DNA of 64,000 bases from Candidatus Heimdallarchaeota archaeon (GTDB lineage Archaea; Asgardarchaeota; Heimdallarchaeia; Heimdallarchaeales; Heimdallarchaeaceae): the NCBI GenBank assembly GCA_019057815.1, contig JAHLWR010000015.1, positions 25,248-89,247 of the forward strand. The letters are read 5' to 3'. The position numbers were made by a program, and so were the translations under genes. The notes beneath the pieces were generated by a model. That model had not been told where the DNA came from. It saw only the letters and a program-made list of their open reading frames with translations, and searched no databases. Positions 37,088 through 48,121 of the stretch are shown piece by piece. How positions within the stretch are numbered: position 1 is the stretch's first letter; each line of letters starts with the position of its first letter.

Positions 37088-39127
37088 ATGCTCTTTAACC
37101 CTAATTATCCAAAAACCCCAAAACATGATTTTAAGGAAGAATTACATGGTAAAACCATTAATGATCCCTATAGATGGTTAGAAAGTCTTGATTCCCTGGA
37201 AGTTCAAGAGTGGATAGCAAAACAAAACGAATACACAAACGCTATATTAGCAAGACCAGAAAGAGAACAAATAAAGAAGCAGTTACGTGAATTATTGGAT
37301 CTAGAAAAACAAAATCCCTATGAGTCTTATGGTAACTATTTTTTCTTTAGTAAAAAGATTAAAGGAAAGAATCAGCCCTTTTTAATGGTGAAGAATAAAA
37401 TCAATGGAAAAGAAAGGATATTGATTGATCCTAATAATTGGAGTGAAGATGGTACAGTAGCTATAGACTGGTATTTTCCTTCTCCTGATGGTAATTTTCT
37501 AATCTATGGACGTTCATCTCATGGAGATGAAAGAAGTACTCTTTATATCCTGAATGTGGAAACAAATGAAGTATTAGATGATACAATACCTTATACTCGC
37601 TATTCTTCTGTAGCTTGGAACGCTGATAATTCAGGTTTCTTCTATACACGATATCCCAAACCAGGTGATGTACCTAAGGGTGACGAAAATTATCACAGAA
37701 AGTTGTACTATCATCAAATAGAAGATGATTATCTTGAAGATAGATTGATTATTGGTGATTTGAGTGAAAAAGAAGAAATAATCGAAATATCATTATCTCT
37801 TAACAAAAAGAGCTACCTTATCACTCGTACTACAGATTGGGCGAAAAAGGATTTATATTTTAAAGTTGAAAAAGATGCAGAAATTATTACTATCTGCAAA
37901 AACTTAGATGGGCATTTTAGGGGTGATTTTGTAGATGATAGGTTAATCATAATGACAAACTATCAAGCACCTAAGGGCAGAGTAGTTCAAATAGATCCTG
38001 ATAATCCCCAACCTAAAAAGTGGGTAGTTTTAGTTCCTGAAAGTGAAGATATTCTAGAAAACGTCCATTTTATTGGGGGAAAGATTGTAGCAAAATACAT
38101 GCATAATTGTTCAAGTATTCTAAAAATCTTCGACATTTCAGGAGAACTTTTACACGATTTACAGCTTCCTACATCAGGCACTGTGTATTATCTTCATGGA
38201 AGTTGGGAAGATGAGGATTTCTATTTTCAGTTTGAATCTTTTCTTTATCCATTTACTGTATTCAAATCAAACGTTGAAATAGCTCAAATAGAAGAAATAT
38301 ATCAGACAGAAAGTAGCATCAATGCTGATGATTACATAATCAATCAGATCTGGTACGAATCTAAGGATGGAACTTCAATTCCTATGTTTATTTTGAAAGG
38401 TAAAAATACAGAACTCTCTTCAACAACTCCAGCATACTTGTATGGTTATGGAGGATTCAAAATAAATCTTCAACCTTCCTTCAAACCAGAATGGAAAGTG
38501 TGGTTGGATAATGATAGTATTATAGTTATAGCTAACTTGCGTGGGGGCGGGGAATTTGGTAAAGAATGGCATGAAGCAGGAAGAAAAGCGAAAAAACAGA
38601 ATGTTTTTGATGATTTCATTGCAGCAGCAGAATGGTTAATTGATCAAAAATATACTGATCAACACCATCTTGTTATCGCTGGCGGAAGTAATGGTGGTCT
38701 ATTAGTAGGTGCAGCGTTAACTCAAAGACCAGAACTTTTCAAAGCTGTCATTTGTGCTGTACCCCTTCTAGACATGTTAAGATACGATAAATTCCTAATT
38801 GCTAGATTATGGACGCAAGAGTATGGAGATCCAGATGATGTTGAAGCTTTTAATTATCTTTACGCTTATTCTCCCTATCATAATGTGTCTGCAAATGAAT
38901 CTTATCCCGCAGTTTATTTTAAAACAGCTGAATCTGATTCACGTGTTCACCCTCTTCACGCCATGAAAATGACTGCTAAATTGCAAGATATAGAGAATAA
39001 CAACCCTACACTTTTCAGGATAGAAACTAAAACTGGTCATGGCGTTGGGAAACCCGTTACGAAAATTGTTGAAGAAACTGCAGAATGGTTAACTTTTGCT
39101 TTGTGGCAAGTAGGGAAAATAGAATGA
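37088..39127 (+). CDS. Prolyl oligopeptidase (S9A)
   Basis: DPYRWLE, YGYGGF, ANLRGGGEFG, GGSNGGLL, DSRVHP, GHG. Confidence 0.96.
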   Translation: MLFNPNYPKTPKHDFKEELHGKTINDPYRWLESLDSLEVQEWIAKQNEYTNAILARPEREQIKKQLRELLDLEKQNPYESYGNYFFFSKKIKGKNQPFLMVKNKINGKERILIDPNNWSEDGTVAIDWYFPSPDGNFLIYGRSSHGDERSTLYILNVETNEVLDDTIPYTRYSSVAWNADNSGFFYTRYPKPGDVPKGDENYHRKLYYHQIEDDYLEDRLIIGDLSEKEEIIEISLSLNKKSYLITRTTDWAKKDLYFKVEKDAEIITICKNLDGHFRGDFVDDRLIIMTNYQAPKGRVVQIDPDNPQPKKWVVLVPESEDILENVHFIGGKIVAKYMHNCSSILKIFDISGELLHDLQLPTSGTVYYLHGSWEDEDFYFQFESFLYPFTVFKSNVEIAQIEEIYQTESSINADDYIINQIWYESKDGTSIPMFILKGKNTELSSTTPAYLYGYGGFKINLQPSFKPEWKVWLDNDSIIVIANLRGGGEFGKEWHEAGRKAKKQNVFDDFIAAAEWLIDQKYTDQHHLVIAGGSNGGLLVGAALTQRPELFKAVICAVPLLDMLRYDKFLIARLWTQEYGDPDDVEAFNYLYAYSPYHNVSANESYPAVYFKTAESDSRVHPLHAMKMTAKLQDIENNNPTLFRIETKTGHGVGKPVTKIVEETAEWLTFALWQVGKIE

Positions 39128-39429
39128 TTTCAGATTTAAAACTAGTTCGCGGAAATTTGTTGTACAATCTGAATAATTCGGGATTTCTACCCTATTTCAA
39201 CGATTACCTACCCCTCTAACTCTTTCAAGTACGAAACAAAATAAAGAATGTATTTTTATTTAAATATTGTAAGGGAATAATTCTACTTCATTAGCTAGAA
39301 TTTCACAATTAGAGGAATTTATAGTTTCAAACAAATTTTCTTCTATCAGCTTCAAAGGTTTAGATAACTAAATATATAAAGACAGAGATGTTAACTATTC
39401 AATTGAACCAATGGTTCAAGTGAAACAAC

Positions 39430-40953
39430 ATGAAAAGAATAGGTTTTATATCGATTCTTCTTCTAATATTAATTAGCTTTGGAAGTTTGGTTCCTGCTAT
39501 TCCTATTATCTCTAAAACCTTCGATAAATCCTCCCCATTGTTTAATATGACAGCACCATACGTATCAGAGATTGAAGTGGATGGCGTTATCGATGATTCA
39601 GAATGGGATTATACAATAAGAGAAACTGTGACATGTCAACCGATGGAGGATATGTCCTTAAATGCACTAAGTGGAACAATTAATTTTGCTTATAATGAAA
39701 CTTACTTATTTGGTTCCATATACTTCCCAAATACTGCAGGATCAGTTAATGCGGTTGCTTTAGTTTTCTTTGGAAAAACTGGTCAGAAAGATGGGGTGTA
39801 CATTGATAGCTTTACTGGTGATTCTCTTGATCTTACATTTGACGATTTAGACGGTCCTTACATTTCTGATGAAGATGTAGGAGGGACAAACAATGTTATT
39901 TCTGCTGTTAGTCCTTCATTAGATGCAAGTGGAATATCTTTTGAATTCGCAAAATTACTTGTTTCAGGAGATGCATTGCCAATTGAAGATATTAGCTTAA
40001 ATTATGGACAGTCTATTGCTGTTTCCATATTTGCATGGGTTGGTTCTCTGGTTACTGTAGAAGATACACCCGCTAATTATGGGACAGTTTTTGGTAACAT
40101 TCTAGGATATATTCATCTTTCGATTGGGGAAGACACAGGTGATGTGCTTGATGACATGCCTTTAATATTCATTCAAGACATGGTTGTAAAAGATACTTAC
40201 GAAGTAATCTTTAATGAAGAACATGATTTTGTGCTTGATTGCGAAGGAAATGATTCAGTTTGGGATGACGCAATGGACTTGAATTTCAAACTTACAGAAT
40301 GTGACCCCAACAGCTACACATGGAATTCTCAAAACACTCGTGATGTAAATCTAAAAATTGCTCATGATGGTGAGAATATTTATATGTTCATGACAATCGA
40401 AAATACTAGTCTTTTACCCTACAAATTTGCTGGAATTATGTTTTTTGATACTCCTATCATGAATGAATCTCTTGAATATGATATGATTTACATTAGTCAA
40501 GGATATTATGATGATCTTTTTTACTCTCCTGAAAACGCTCAACCTTTAAGTGATACAATTGCTGGAGGTACAATCGACGGAAACGGGACTTTAGTCATTG
40601 TGGATACAAAACTAATTTTGGAATTCTACAAACCTATTAATGTAAATGATTACTTTGGGAAAGATTTACAACCAGAGATTAACGGAGATGCTTTTTACAT
40701 AATGATTTTTCTTATGGAATACGATTCAACATATCAAAATATGAAACAATTTTACGAATTCGAAATTGATGAAACCTCACCCAATCAAATAAAATTTCAA
40801 TGGATCCTTCATGCTGTAAAATTATTAGGAGCTGGAGAACTTCCATCTGACAATGATACCGTTAAGATTGGTTTTGAGTTTGCAGATTTACTAATTATAT
40901 GTTTGTCACTAACTCCAATAGTAATTTTTATCCATAAAAGAAGAAGAAAATAA
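39430..40953 (+). CDS. Secreted protein with two CBM9/DOMON-like domains and C-terminal anchor
   Basis: IEVDGVIDDSEW and FVLDCEGNDSVW repeats, FEFAK/LEFYK, GF-hydrophobic-KRRRK tail. Confidence 0.65.
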   Translation: MKRIGFISILLLILISFGSLVPAIPIISKTFDKSSPLFNMTAPYVSEIEVDGVIDDSEWDYTIRETVTCQPMEDMSLNALSGTINFAYNETYLFGSIYFPNTAGSVNAVALVFFGKTGQKDGVYIDSFTGDSLDLTFDDLDGPYISDEDVGGTNNVISAVSPSLDASGISFEFAKLLVSGDALPIEDISLNYGQSIAVSIFAWVGSLVTVEDTPANYGTVFGNILGYIHLSIGEDTGDVLDDMPLIFIQDMVVKDTYEVIFNEEHDFVLDCEGNDSVWDDAMDLNFKLTECDPNSYTWNSQNTRDVNLKIAHDGENIYMFMTIENTSLLPYKFAGIMFFDTPIMNESLEYDMIYISQGYYDDLFYSPENAQPLSDTIAGGTIDGNGTLVIVDTKLILEFYKPINVNDYFGKDLQPEINGDAFYIMIFLMEYDSTYQNMKQFYEFEIDETSPNQIKFQWILHAVKLLGAGELPSDNDTVKIGFEFADLLIICLSLTPIVIFIHKRRRK

Positions 40954-41807
40954 TAACTACAATTTCATTTTACTTTTTTTCTTTTTTCTTAATACATTTT
41001 GGAAACTCTATTCTTCAGTGTCCAAACCAGCATCTATATGGGAATTAATTGTTTCAAATAGATTTTCTTCAATCTTCTTCAAGAATTTGTTTAATTTCTT
41101 TCCTTTATATGTTCTGACACTAACAATAAACGAAAGTTTTCTTGAAGTCATGAAATCACATATTAGGAGTTTTTATCAAAGGAAGAGTTGGTGATAGTAA
41201 TAAGTTGTAAGTCGTTATTCCTCCAAAGGTTTTGATTGTAATTGGTATTCATGAAATTTATTGATTAATCTATTAGAAATCATTAGATTTTCACCTTTTT
41301 ATCATAGATTAAGTTGATATTCCACGTATTGAGTCAATCTCTTGATCTGGAAATCTCTTTCTGTTTCCTTACTAATTTTCCTTTTTATTTGGTTGTATGT
41401 TTTTTCGGTCATTTTATTCACAAATATTGTTAAGAAACCTCTTTATTAAACAGTTTTAAAAAGTAAAGGCTAAAGAAGTAAAGTCCATAATTGAAGAGTT
41501 TAACTTAATATAAGAAAGATTAAGCTTGTTGGTTAAAAGATGATAAAAATAGCTCTCTTTTCTCCCTCTTTGTTTAACTGTTTATAGCAGAAGTCACCTT
41601 ACTTTGTGTGATGGTAGTTTATAAAAACGCCTATATCCATATCTCTGAAATAATTTGCATTGATGAAACTACCATGAATATAAGCAAATTCTATTTTTTC
41701 ATTTTCATTAAGTAAGTTACAAATAGTTGCTATTATTTTTGCTTTTTCATCTCTTCTAAGCTATGAAAGGTTTGCATACTAATTCTCCAATAACTGTTTA
41801 GTTAAGA

Positions 41808-42224
41808 TTATTCAATGAATGTAATTTCTGCTTTTTTGGCTTTTCCTTTAAGTATCACATCAAATGATTCCAAAAACTTTCTTCCTATTAGAGTTTCAGT
41901 TAACGATTGATGGGTATCAATTGTTGTCACTATTGAAACGTCTATTCCTTTTACAGTTACAGAACCACTTGCAGTTCTTAAAATAAATTTCTCTCCTGTA
42001 ATCGTTTCAGCTTTAGCAAAAAGATTTTCACTATACTCAAAAGCAGCTAAATTTAGGTCTTCATATAGCTTTACTGGAATAACAATTTCCCCATCATAAC
42101 CAGTATCTATCATTGCACTACATTCTATTGACTTTGAACCAAGAGGATTACTTATTAATAGATCAACATATGGAGCTAGTTCGCCTGAACTTGATGACGG
42201 TTTGTAATCGAAGGTATTCTTCAA
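41808..42224 (-). CDS. Clan AA (retropepsin-like) aspartic protease
   Basis: AMIDTGYDG and LIGRKFL motifs. Confidence 0.85.
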   Translation of the reverse strand: MKNTFDYKPSSSSGELAPYVDLLISNPLGSKSIECSAMIDTGYDGEIVIPVKLYEDLNLAAFEYSENLFAKAETITGEKFILRTASGSVTVKGIDVSIVTTIDTHQSLTETLIGRKFLESFDVILKGKAKKAEITFIE

Positions 42225-42604
42225 GAATCCTTCCTCCTGAAACCAAATTCTGTTCTTCGTCCCTCTTTACGAATTGGTGATACGATATTATTTTTATTAT
42301 CAAGCTTGTTGGTTTTAACAGCTTTTATCGCTTCATCTCGGTTTTCGAAGATTCCTATTATTAAACCTTCAGAAATAACTATCCATTTACCTTCATGTTC
42401 TTTCAATAAATTTGGCAGCGCTCGTCTATACGTTGCATTATTCTGTTGTCTCATCAAATCCTTCTCATCTTTTTCTTGTTCTTCAGTTAACCATTGAATC
42501 ATTGCTTCAGTAAAAGCTTCATTTATACGTAAACCCTTTAGAGCTGCTTTTGATTTGAATTTTGCATAAAGTTCTTTATCAACTTCTTTTATGAGCACAG
42601 ACAT
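42221..42604 (-). CDS. Ribbon-helix-helix + DUF5678-like protein
   Basis: IKEVDKELYAKFKSKA (RHH); LLKEHEGKWIVISEGLIIG; 4-nt overlap with the protease. Confidence 0.7.
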   Translation of the reverse strand: MSVLIKEVDKELYAKFKSKAALKGLRINEAFTEAMIQWLTEEQEKDEKDLMRQQNNATYRRALPNLLKEHEGKWIVISEGLIIGIFENRDEAIKAVKTNKLDNKNNIVSPIRKEGRRTEFGFRRKDS

Positions 42605-42739
42605 ATTATTTCACTAAAATAAACTTACATAACTGAGTTAATAAAGTTAACCTAATGCAAGATCAGAAAATATTCAATAGTCCCGAATAATGGTTCATTT
42701 CTTGGCAACTATATTTGAATTTATTTAAGAAATATTTTT

Positions 42740-43012
42740 ATGGAATTCATATTATCAATATTTATGTAAACATTAAATGTAAGAAGGAAGAAAGTAACTC
42801 TTCTTGTTTTCAGTTCTATTTTCATTGTTCTTGGATCTTTATGTCTCATTTTCCTAAATTGGACCACATAACTTATGAAACATGTAACATTCGCTTTGTT
42901 CAGTAGCACTACTGCTGCAATCTATGTTGTTATTGGGTTTGCAATACTGGTTCTTATTTTAGGAGGAGTTCTAGGTGTTCTAGGTTTAAAAGATAAATCA
43001 GAAGAAAGCTAA
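42740..43012 (+). pseudogene. Remnant of a membrane protein gene with two in-frame TAA stops
   Basis: One frame reads MEFILSIFM*TLNVRRKKVTLLVFSSIFIVLGSLCLIFLNWTT*LMKHVTFALFSSTTAAIYVVIGFAILVLILGGVLGVLGLKDKSEES*. Confidence 0.5.
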
Positions 43013-43108
43013 TAATGGAAGAACACTATTTTTATCTTAATTTTTCACTGTTTTACATACCTTAAATAAAGTTTATAGATGAGAGTTTAATCATTTAATC
43101 TTGATAAG

Positions 43109-43729
43109 ATGAAAAAGGTAGCAATCTATATTTTTAATGATGTAGAAGAATTAGGTCTAGATATCATCTATAATATATTAAAGAAAACTAAAACACTTAA
43201 ACAACAAGGATTTCTTCCGATAGACCAACCTTTGCAAGTAGATATTCTAGCAGAAGAACAGTTAGTTGTTGGTACAAAAGATAAGCGAATCACCCCACAT
43301 CAAATTAGTTTAGATTTTACCGATTATGATATTCTCATCATACCAGGAGGAAAAGGAGTTGAAAAAGTTGTTCAGAATCAAGAAATTTTGGACAAGATAA
43401 AAGAATTTGGTAAAGAAAAAATAGTCTGCTCAATTGGTTTAGGCGCATTTGCTCTTGCTTCTGCTGGATTATTGAAAAATAGAAAAGCAACTACTCATCA
43501 AAAGCATTTTCTCAGGTTGCAAAAATATTGTAAGGTTGAAAACAAACGTATAGTTGTTTCTGATAATATAATAACAGCAAGGGGTATGCTCTGCGCAGTA
43601 GATTTAGCTGAAAAAATTCTTGAAATTTGTTATTCGAAAAGCATTGCTGATATTGTTTTAGAATATATAAATGTTCAGAGAAAATCTAAAGGAATAAGTA
43701 TAGTTCTAGGAGAGACAGACGAAGAATAA
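43109..43729 (+). CDS. DJ-1/PfpI family protein, nucleophile Cys apparently replaced
   Basis: DILIIPGG, CSIGLGAFALASAGLL..ATTH, IITARG. Confidence 0.88.
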   Translation: MKKVAIYIFNDVEELGLDIIYNILKKTKTLKQQGFLPIDQPLQVDILAEEQLVVGTKDKRITPHQISLDFTDYDILIIPGGKGVEKVVQNQEILDKIKEFGKEKIVCSIGLGAFALASAGLLKNRKATTHQKHFLRLQKYCKVENKRIVVSDNIITARGMLCAVDLAEKILEICYSKSIADIVLEYINVQRKSKGISIVLGETDEE

Positions 43730-43822
43730 CTATGAAACTTAATCTGTAAATACTTCACTAAGGAAGAATCTTGAGTAAGTCTATTTTATTTGTTTTTTTA
43801 TTAAAACAATAATCTCTAGCTC

Positions 43823-44221
43823 TTACACCTCTAACACTTTGACTTTGAATTTTTTCGCTAGTTTTGCTTGATTCCTATCTGAAGTCAATAAACTTGCTTT
43901 TTCTTTTAATGCTAGCAAAATATAAAGTATATCATAAATGGGTACTCCTTCTTGGATTGAAAATTTGAAAGCTTCATCAATGTATTCAGAAGAACTTAGT
44001 AAAATAAGAATATCTTCACAGAGCATTTGCAGTGCTTTAAACTTACTTATCGCATCCTCTTTTGTAATTCTTTTAAGATAATGATTTTTCCATATTGCGT
44101 TAGTTGCTTCTAATTGAATTAATTCTAAGCTATGTCCTAACAATAGATGTTTTTCTATTTTCTCCCACCCTTTCTCCTTCAAAACGTATTTAGAAAGAGC
44201 GGATGCATCAATGATTATCAC
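43823..44221 (-). CDS. vapC: VapC PIN-domain toxin
   Basis: IIIDASA, LEATNAIW, IYDILY, LLTSD. Confidence 0.9.
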   Translation of the reverse strand: MIIIDASALSKYVLKEKGWEKIEKHLLLGHSLELIQLEATNAIWKNHYLKRITKEDAISKFKALQMLCEDILILLSSSEYIDEAFKFSIQEGVPIYDILYILLALKEKASLLTSDRNQAKLAKKFKVKVLEV

Positions 44222-44462
44222 GATCTTCCCTCACTGTTTTCACAGCAGTTCCTTCGGGTACACTTGATGTTTTAACTATAATTTGATGTACTTCTTCTAA
44301 CCTGTTTTTGCTTTCTATTTCCCTTATCTTTCTCTTCACATATTCTCTTAATTCCTTACTCCATTCAACTTGATTCTTGTATTTTTTCATTTGCTCTTTC
44401 AATTCTTCGGGTAGCTTGAATGACATGGTAGTACTCATGGTATCACTATAAGGTTTACTCAA
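44208..44462 (-). CDS. vapB: VapB-type antitoxin (RHH); probable start 44438
   Basis: TMSFKLPEELKEQM..WSKELREY..VREDRD; overlaps vapC. Confidence 0.85.
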   Translation of the reverse strand: MSKPYSDTMSTTMSFKLPEELKEQMKKYKNQVEWSKELREYVKRKIREIESKNRLEEVHQIIVKTSSVPEGTAVKTVREDRDNH

Positions 44463-44523
44463 TCGTATTACTTAAACCTTTTCGTGAAAAGATTGATTAT
44501 TAGGTTTCTGCAAAAGCTGTATT

Positions 44524-46347
44524 CTAATCAGTAAAAACTTCACTAATCTCCGATATCCATTCCGCTGACTGGTGTTTGAAATAAGTATCATAGAGCTCTG
44601 AATACAACCCTCCCTTCTTCATTAAACTATCATGGTTTCCCTCTTCAACTATCTTACCTTGATCCATAATGATGATTCTATCAGAATTTTTAATTGTTGT
44701 TAGCCGATGAGCAATAACTATTGATGTTCTATCAGCAAGCAGCTTATCTAGTGCTTCTTGTATTTTCCATTCAGTGTAAGCGTCAACAGCTGCTGTAGCT
44801 TCATCTAAAATCAAAATTTTTGGATTAGCTAATAGTGTTCTTGCAAATGAAATCATCTGTCGCTGACCAGCTGAGAGCCCTTTACCTCGCTCTCCTAATT
44901 CTGTTTCTAGACCGTCGGGTAATGCGTCAATGAATTCTTGAGCTGATACGATATTGATAACTTCTTCTACTTCTTTTATGGTGGCAGTAGGATTACCATA
45001 GCGGATATTATCCAGCACAGTTCCACTGAACAGAAAAACATCTTGACTCACTAACCCAATTTGAGATCTGAGATTATGTAAATCGTAATCACGGATATCA
45101 ATACCATCAATTTTTATTGAGCCTTTATAAATATCATAAAACCTCATTAACAAGGAAGCAATCGTCGTTTTACCAGCACCTGTATGTCCCACAATAGCTA
45201 TTGATTCGGCTGTTTTAACCTCAAGGGTAATATCTTTCAAAACTGGTGTTCCAGGTACATATTTGTGAAAAACATTTTCAAATTTAATATGCCCTTTTAT
45301 CTCTTTTAATATAGGATTAGTAGGATTTGTGATTTCTTTTTCAGCATCTATAATGCTGAATATTCGTTCCATAGCTGCAAAACCACTTTGAATTACTGAA
45401 AATTGTGATGCTACGCGTACAAGAGGATATAAGAACCGATTTAGTAGAAGGAGGAACAAAAGTATTGTGGATGGAGTTGCAAGAGTGCCAAAAATTAAAT
45501 AACTTCCATAGAGTGTGATACCAAAAACTCCTATAACACTTATTCCATCCATCAAAGGATATATACCCATAACCGCGAAAGCTCTTTTCTTAGCATAAAA
45601 GAAGGTAGCGTTATTAATTACTTCGAATTCTTCCTTAGATTTCCTTTCTCTACCAAAAGCTTTAGCAACTGATATTCCTGAAACACTTTCTTGGAAAGAA
45701 GCGTTCACATCTCCTATAGCTGCTCTCCAATCTCCAGTTGTCAATCTAGTAATTCTTCTGAAAATAAATGCTACTAGAAAAACAAAAGGTGCCATTCCAA
45801 GTGTTATGAAAGTTAAACGCCAATTAACAACAAACATCCAAATAAGAACAGTTGCTAATATCATGAAATTAGAAAGAAATTGCGCTACTATATTGAGCAT
45901 ATCTGCTAATTCTTGAGAATCATTAGTCACTCTACTCATTATTTTTCCTGTTGATTGAGTATCAAAAAACATCAAGTCGTGCTCTTGGAGACTGATATAG
46001 GTTTCAATTTGAATCTGTTTGATAACCTTTTGAGTCACTATTGTTACTAAAATCCCTAAAACAACTTGAATTACCCACAAAAATAATGATAGAAGAACAT
46101 AGCCCAGAGCATAGGGCAGAACTGCTATCCAGGCTGCATCAGCTTCTAAAGCATCAAAAGCATTTTGAACCATGGTCGGGGGGAATATAGTTACAACAGC
46201 TGAAGCTATGATACCGACAACTATACCTACTAGCATTAGAAAATATGGTCCTAGATATTTGAAGAATCTGCGTAGAAGCACAATATCTGAATACTTCCTG
46301 TCATATGATTCTGTTGAACCAGTAGTTCGTCTCATCATTTTAGACAT
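44524..46347 (-). CDS. ABC exporter, fused permease/ATPase, subunit B (start taken at MSKMMRR)
   Basis: Six TM, GHTGAGKT, LSAGQRQ, LILDEAT, IAHRL. Confidence 0.95.
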   Translation of the reverse strand: MSKMMRRTTGSTESYDRKYSDIVLLRRFFKYLGPYFLMLVGIVVGIIASAVVTIFPPTMVQNAFDALEADAAWIAVLPYALGYVLLSLFLWVIQVVLGILVTIVTQKVIKQIQIETYISLQEHDLMFFDTQSTGKIMSRVTNDSQELADMLNIVAQFLSNFMILATVLIWMFVVNWRLTFITLGMAPFVFLVAFIFRRITRLTTGDWRAAIGDVNASFQESVSGISVAKAFGRERKSKEEFEVINNATFFYAKKRAFAVMGIYPLMDGISVIGVFGITLYGSYLIFGTLATPSTILLFLLLLNRFLYPLVRVASQFSVIQSGFAAMERIFSIIDAEKEITNPTNPILKEIKGHIKFENVFHKYVPGTPVLKDITLEVKTAESIAIVGHTGAGKTTIASLLMRFYDIYKGSIKIDGIDIRDYDLHNLRSQIGLVSQDVFLFSGTVLDNIRYGNPTATIKEVEEVINIVSAQEFIDALPDGLETELGERGKGLSAGQRQMISFARTLLANPKILILDEATAAVDAYTEWKIQEALDKLLADRTSIVIAHRLTTIKNSDRIIIMDQGKIVEEGNHDSLMKKGGLYSELYDTYFKHQSAEWISEISEVFTD

Positions 46348-48121
46348 CCTCCCTAATTTGCAATGGTGGGAGCTCGGAAAATCGTTCAAATAGCCTCCTA
46401 TAATCAACGTTTCGGAGTATAAGTTCGTTATGTACACCAGAGTCTATAAGTTGACCATTGCGTAAAATCATTATGAGATTAGCATTCTTTATTGTCGCTA
46501 ATCTGTGAGTAATAATGAAAGTTGTTCGATTTTTCAAGACATTAGCTATTGCTGTTTGGATTTTTCTTTCAGTTTCTGCATCAATCGCACTACTTGCATC
46601 ATCTAGAATTAATAATGAGGGATCAATTAAAAGCGCTCTTGCTATAGCAATTCGTTGTTTTTGCCCGCCTGATAAAGTTACTCCTCTTTCTCCTACAATC
46701 GTTTCATAGCCTTGATCAAAACTCATTATAAAGTCATGAGCCTGAGCTAATTTTGAGAAATTCTCTATTTCTTCTTGAGTAGCATCAGGTTTACCATAAG
46801 CGATATTATCTTTAATCGATTTACTAAACAAAAATACTTCTTGTTCAATTACACCAATGTGTTCTCTAAGGTTAGATAAGCACATATCACGAATATTAAT
46901 TCCATTGATGTGAATTGCTCCTTCCGTTGGATCATATAGTCGCATTAGAAGTTTCATTAGAGTTGATTTTCCAGACCCAGGATTACCAATTATAGCAACA
47001 GTTGACCCTCCTTCAATTTCTAAATTGATTCTATCTAAAGCCTTCTTTCTACTACTTCCCCTATTATAAGAGAAGGATACATTATCAAATAAAATCGGTC
47101 CCTGACTTCCAGTCCAATCTGTAGGTGAAGTGGGTTCAGGAACATATTCTTCTCTTTCTTTCATATCATAGATTCTCCTTGCAGCTGCCGACCCAATTTG
47201 AAATTGAGTAATAGTCCAGCCTAGCTGCCACGTAGGCATCATTAGGGTCATTGTTAAGAAAACATAGGTTATCAGTTCATCTAATGCTAAATTACCAGCT
47301 GTTACCTCAAATGATCCCCATAAGAAGCTAAGAGCTATGATTAGAACTGTTATCGCAACGGCATAATATTTTGCACTAATGATTCCTCTTTTAGTATTTA
47401 TATCTCTTAATTTATCCGTTACGATATCAAATTCTTTTATCTCTTCCTCTTCTTTCACAAATGTCCGAATTACTCTAATCCCAGTGATGCTTTCTTGTAA
47501 CCGAGAATTCAAAAGACTGGTTTGTTCCATCTGAGCTTTCGAGATAGGACGCAATTTTCTGTTATAGTGATAAATCGTTATAACATAAAAAGGTAAAGCA
47601 GCTGCTAAAAGTAATGTTATTTTTGGACTTATCCAGATCATTAAGGAAACTGAAAAAAGCACAATTAAAGAAGCTTCGAACAAAAATTTTATTCCAGGAG
47701 AAATGAAAATATTCATCTGTCGAGTATCATACGTTGATCTTGTCATCACATCTCCTATTCGAACTCTATCATGAAATTCTTGGCTTTTTTCAAGCATATC
47801 ATTATAGAATTCTTCAGTTACATTCTTTGTTACTTTATGAGCCAAAACTTCATTAATGTAACTTTGTGTAAAATCTGCTCCCGCTCGAATTACTCCAGCA
47901 AGTGCGATATATAATGATGTGATTAAAATTGCTCCAAAAGATCTGTTTACTTTGACTAGTTCCTCAAAAATGTCACCAATGAGTAAGGGAGTAATAGAAA
48001 CTGTTCCTATGAAAATAATGAGAAACGTAAAGAATACTGTAGTTAACAGTTTCTCTTTGAAGAGATGTTTTAGAAACCAGATCTTGTAACCCATTTTTTT
48101 ACTCTCACTTATTTCGGTCAA
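46340..48121 (-). CDS. ABC exporter, fused permease/ATPase, subunit A (degenerate-site half of a heterodimer)
   Basis: GNPGSGKS, LSGGQKQ, LILDDAS, ITHRL. Confidence 0.95.
   Translation of the reverse strand: MTEISESKKMGYKIWFLKHLFKEKLLTTVFFTFLIIFIGTVSITPLLIGDIFEELVKVNRSFGAILITSLYIALAGVIRAGADFTQSYINEVLAHKVTKNVTEEFYNDMLEKSQEFHDRVRIGDVMTRSTYDTRQMNIFISPGIKFLFEASLIVLFSVSLMIWISPKITLLLAAALPFYVITIYHYNRKLRPISKAQMEQTSLLNSRLQESITGIRVIRTFVKEEEEIKEFDIVTDKLRDINTKRGIISAKYYAVAITVLIIALSFLWGSFEVTAGNLALDELITYVFLTMTLMMPTWQLGWTITQFQIGSAAARRIYDMKEREEYVPEPTSPTDWTGSQGPILFDNVSFSYNRGSSRKKALDRINLEIEGGSTVAIIGNPGSGKSTLMKLLMRLYDPTEGAIHINGINIRDMCLSNLREHIGVIEQEVFLFSKSIKDNIAYGKPDATQEEIENFSKLAQAHDFIMSFDQGYETIVGERGVTLSGGQKQRIAIARALLIDPSLLILDDASSAIDAETERKIQTAIANVLKNRTTFIITHRLATIKNANLIMILRNGQLIDSGVHNELILRNVDYRRLFERFSELPPLQIREDV

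Noticed and set aside
40954-41807. 850-bp ORF-free region as an ncRNA or origin
   Set aside because: AT-rich with no clear repeats or stable structure; looks like decayed coding DNA but no family could be assigned
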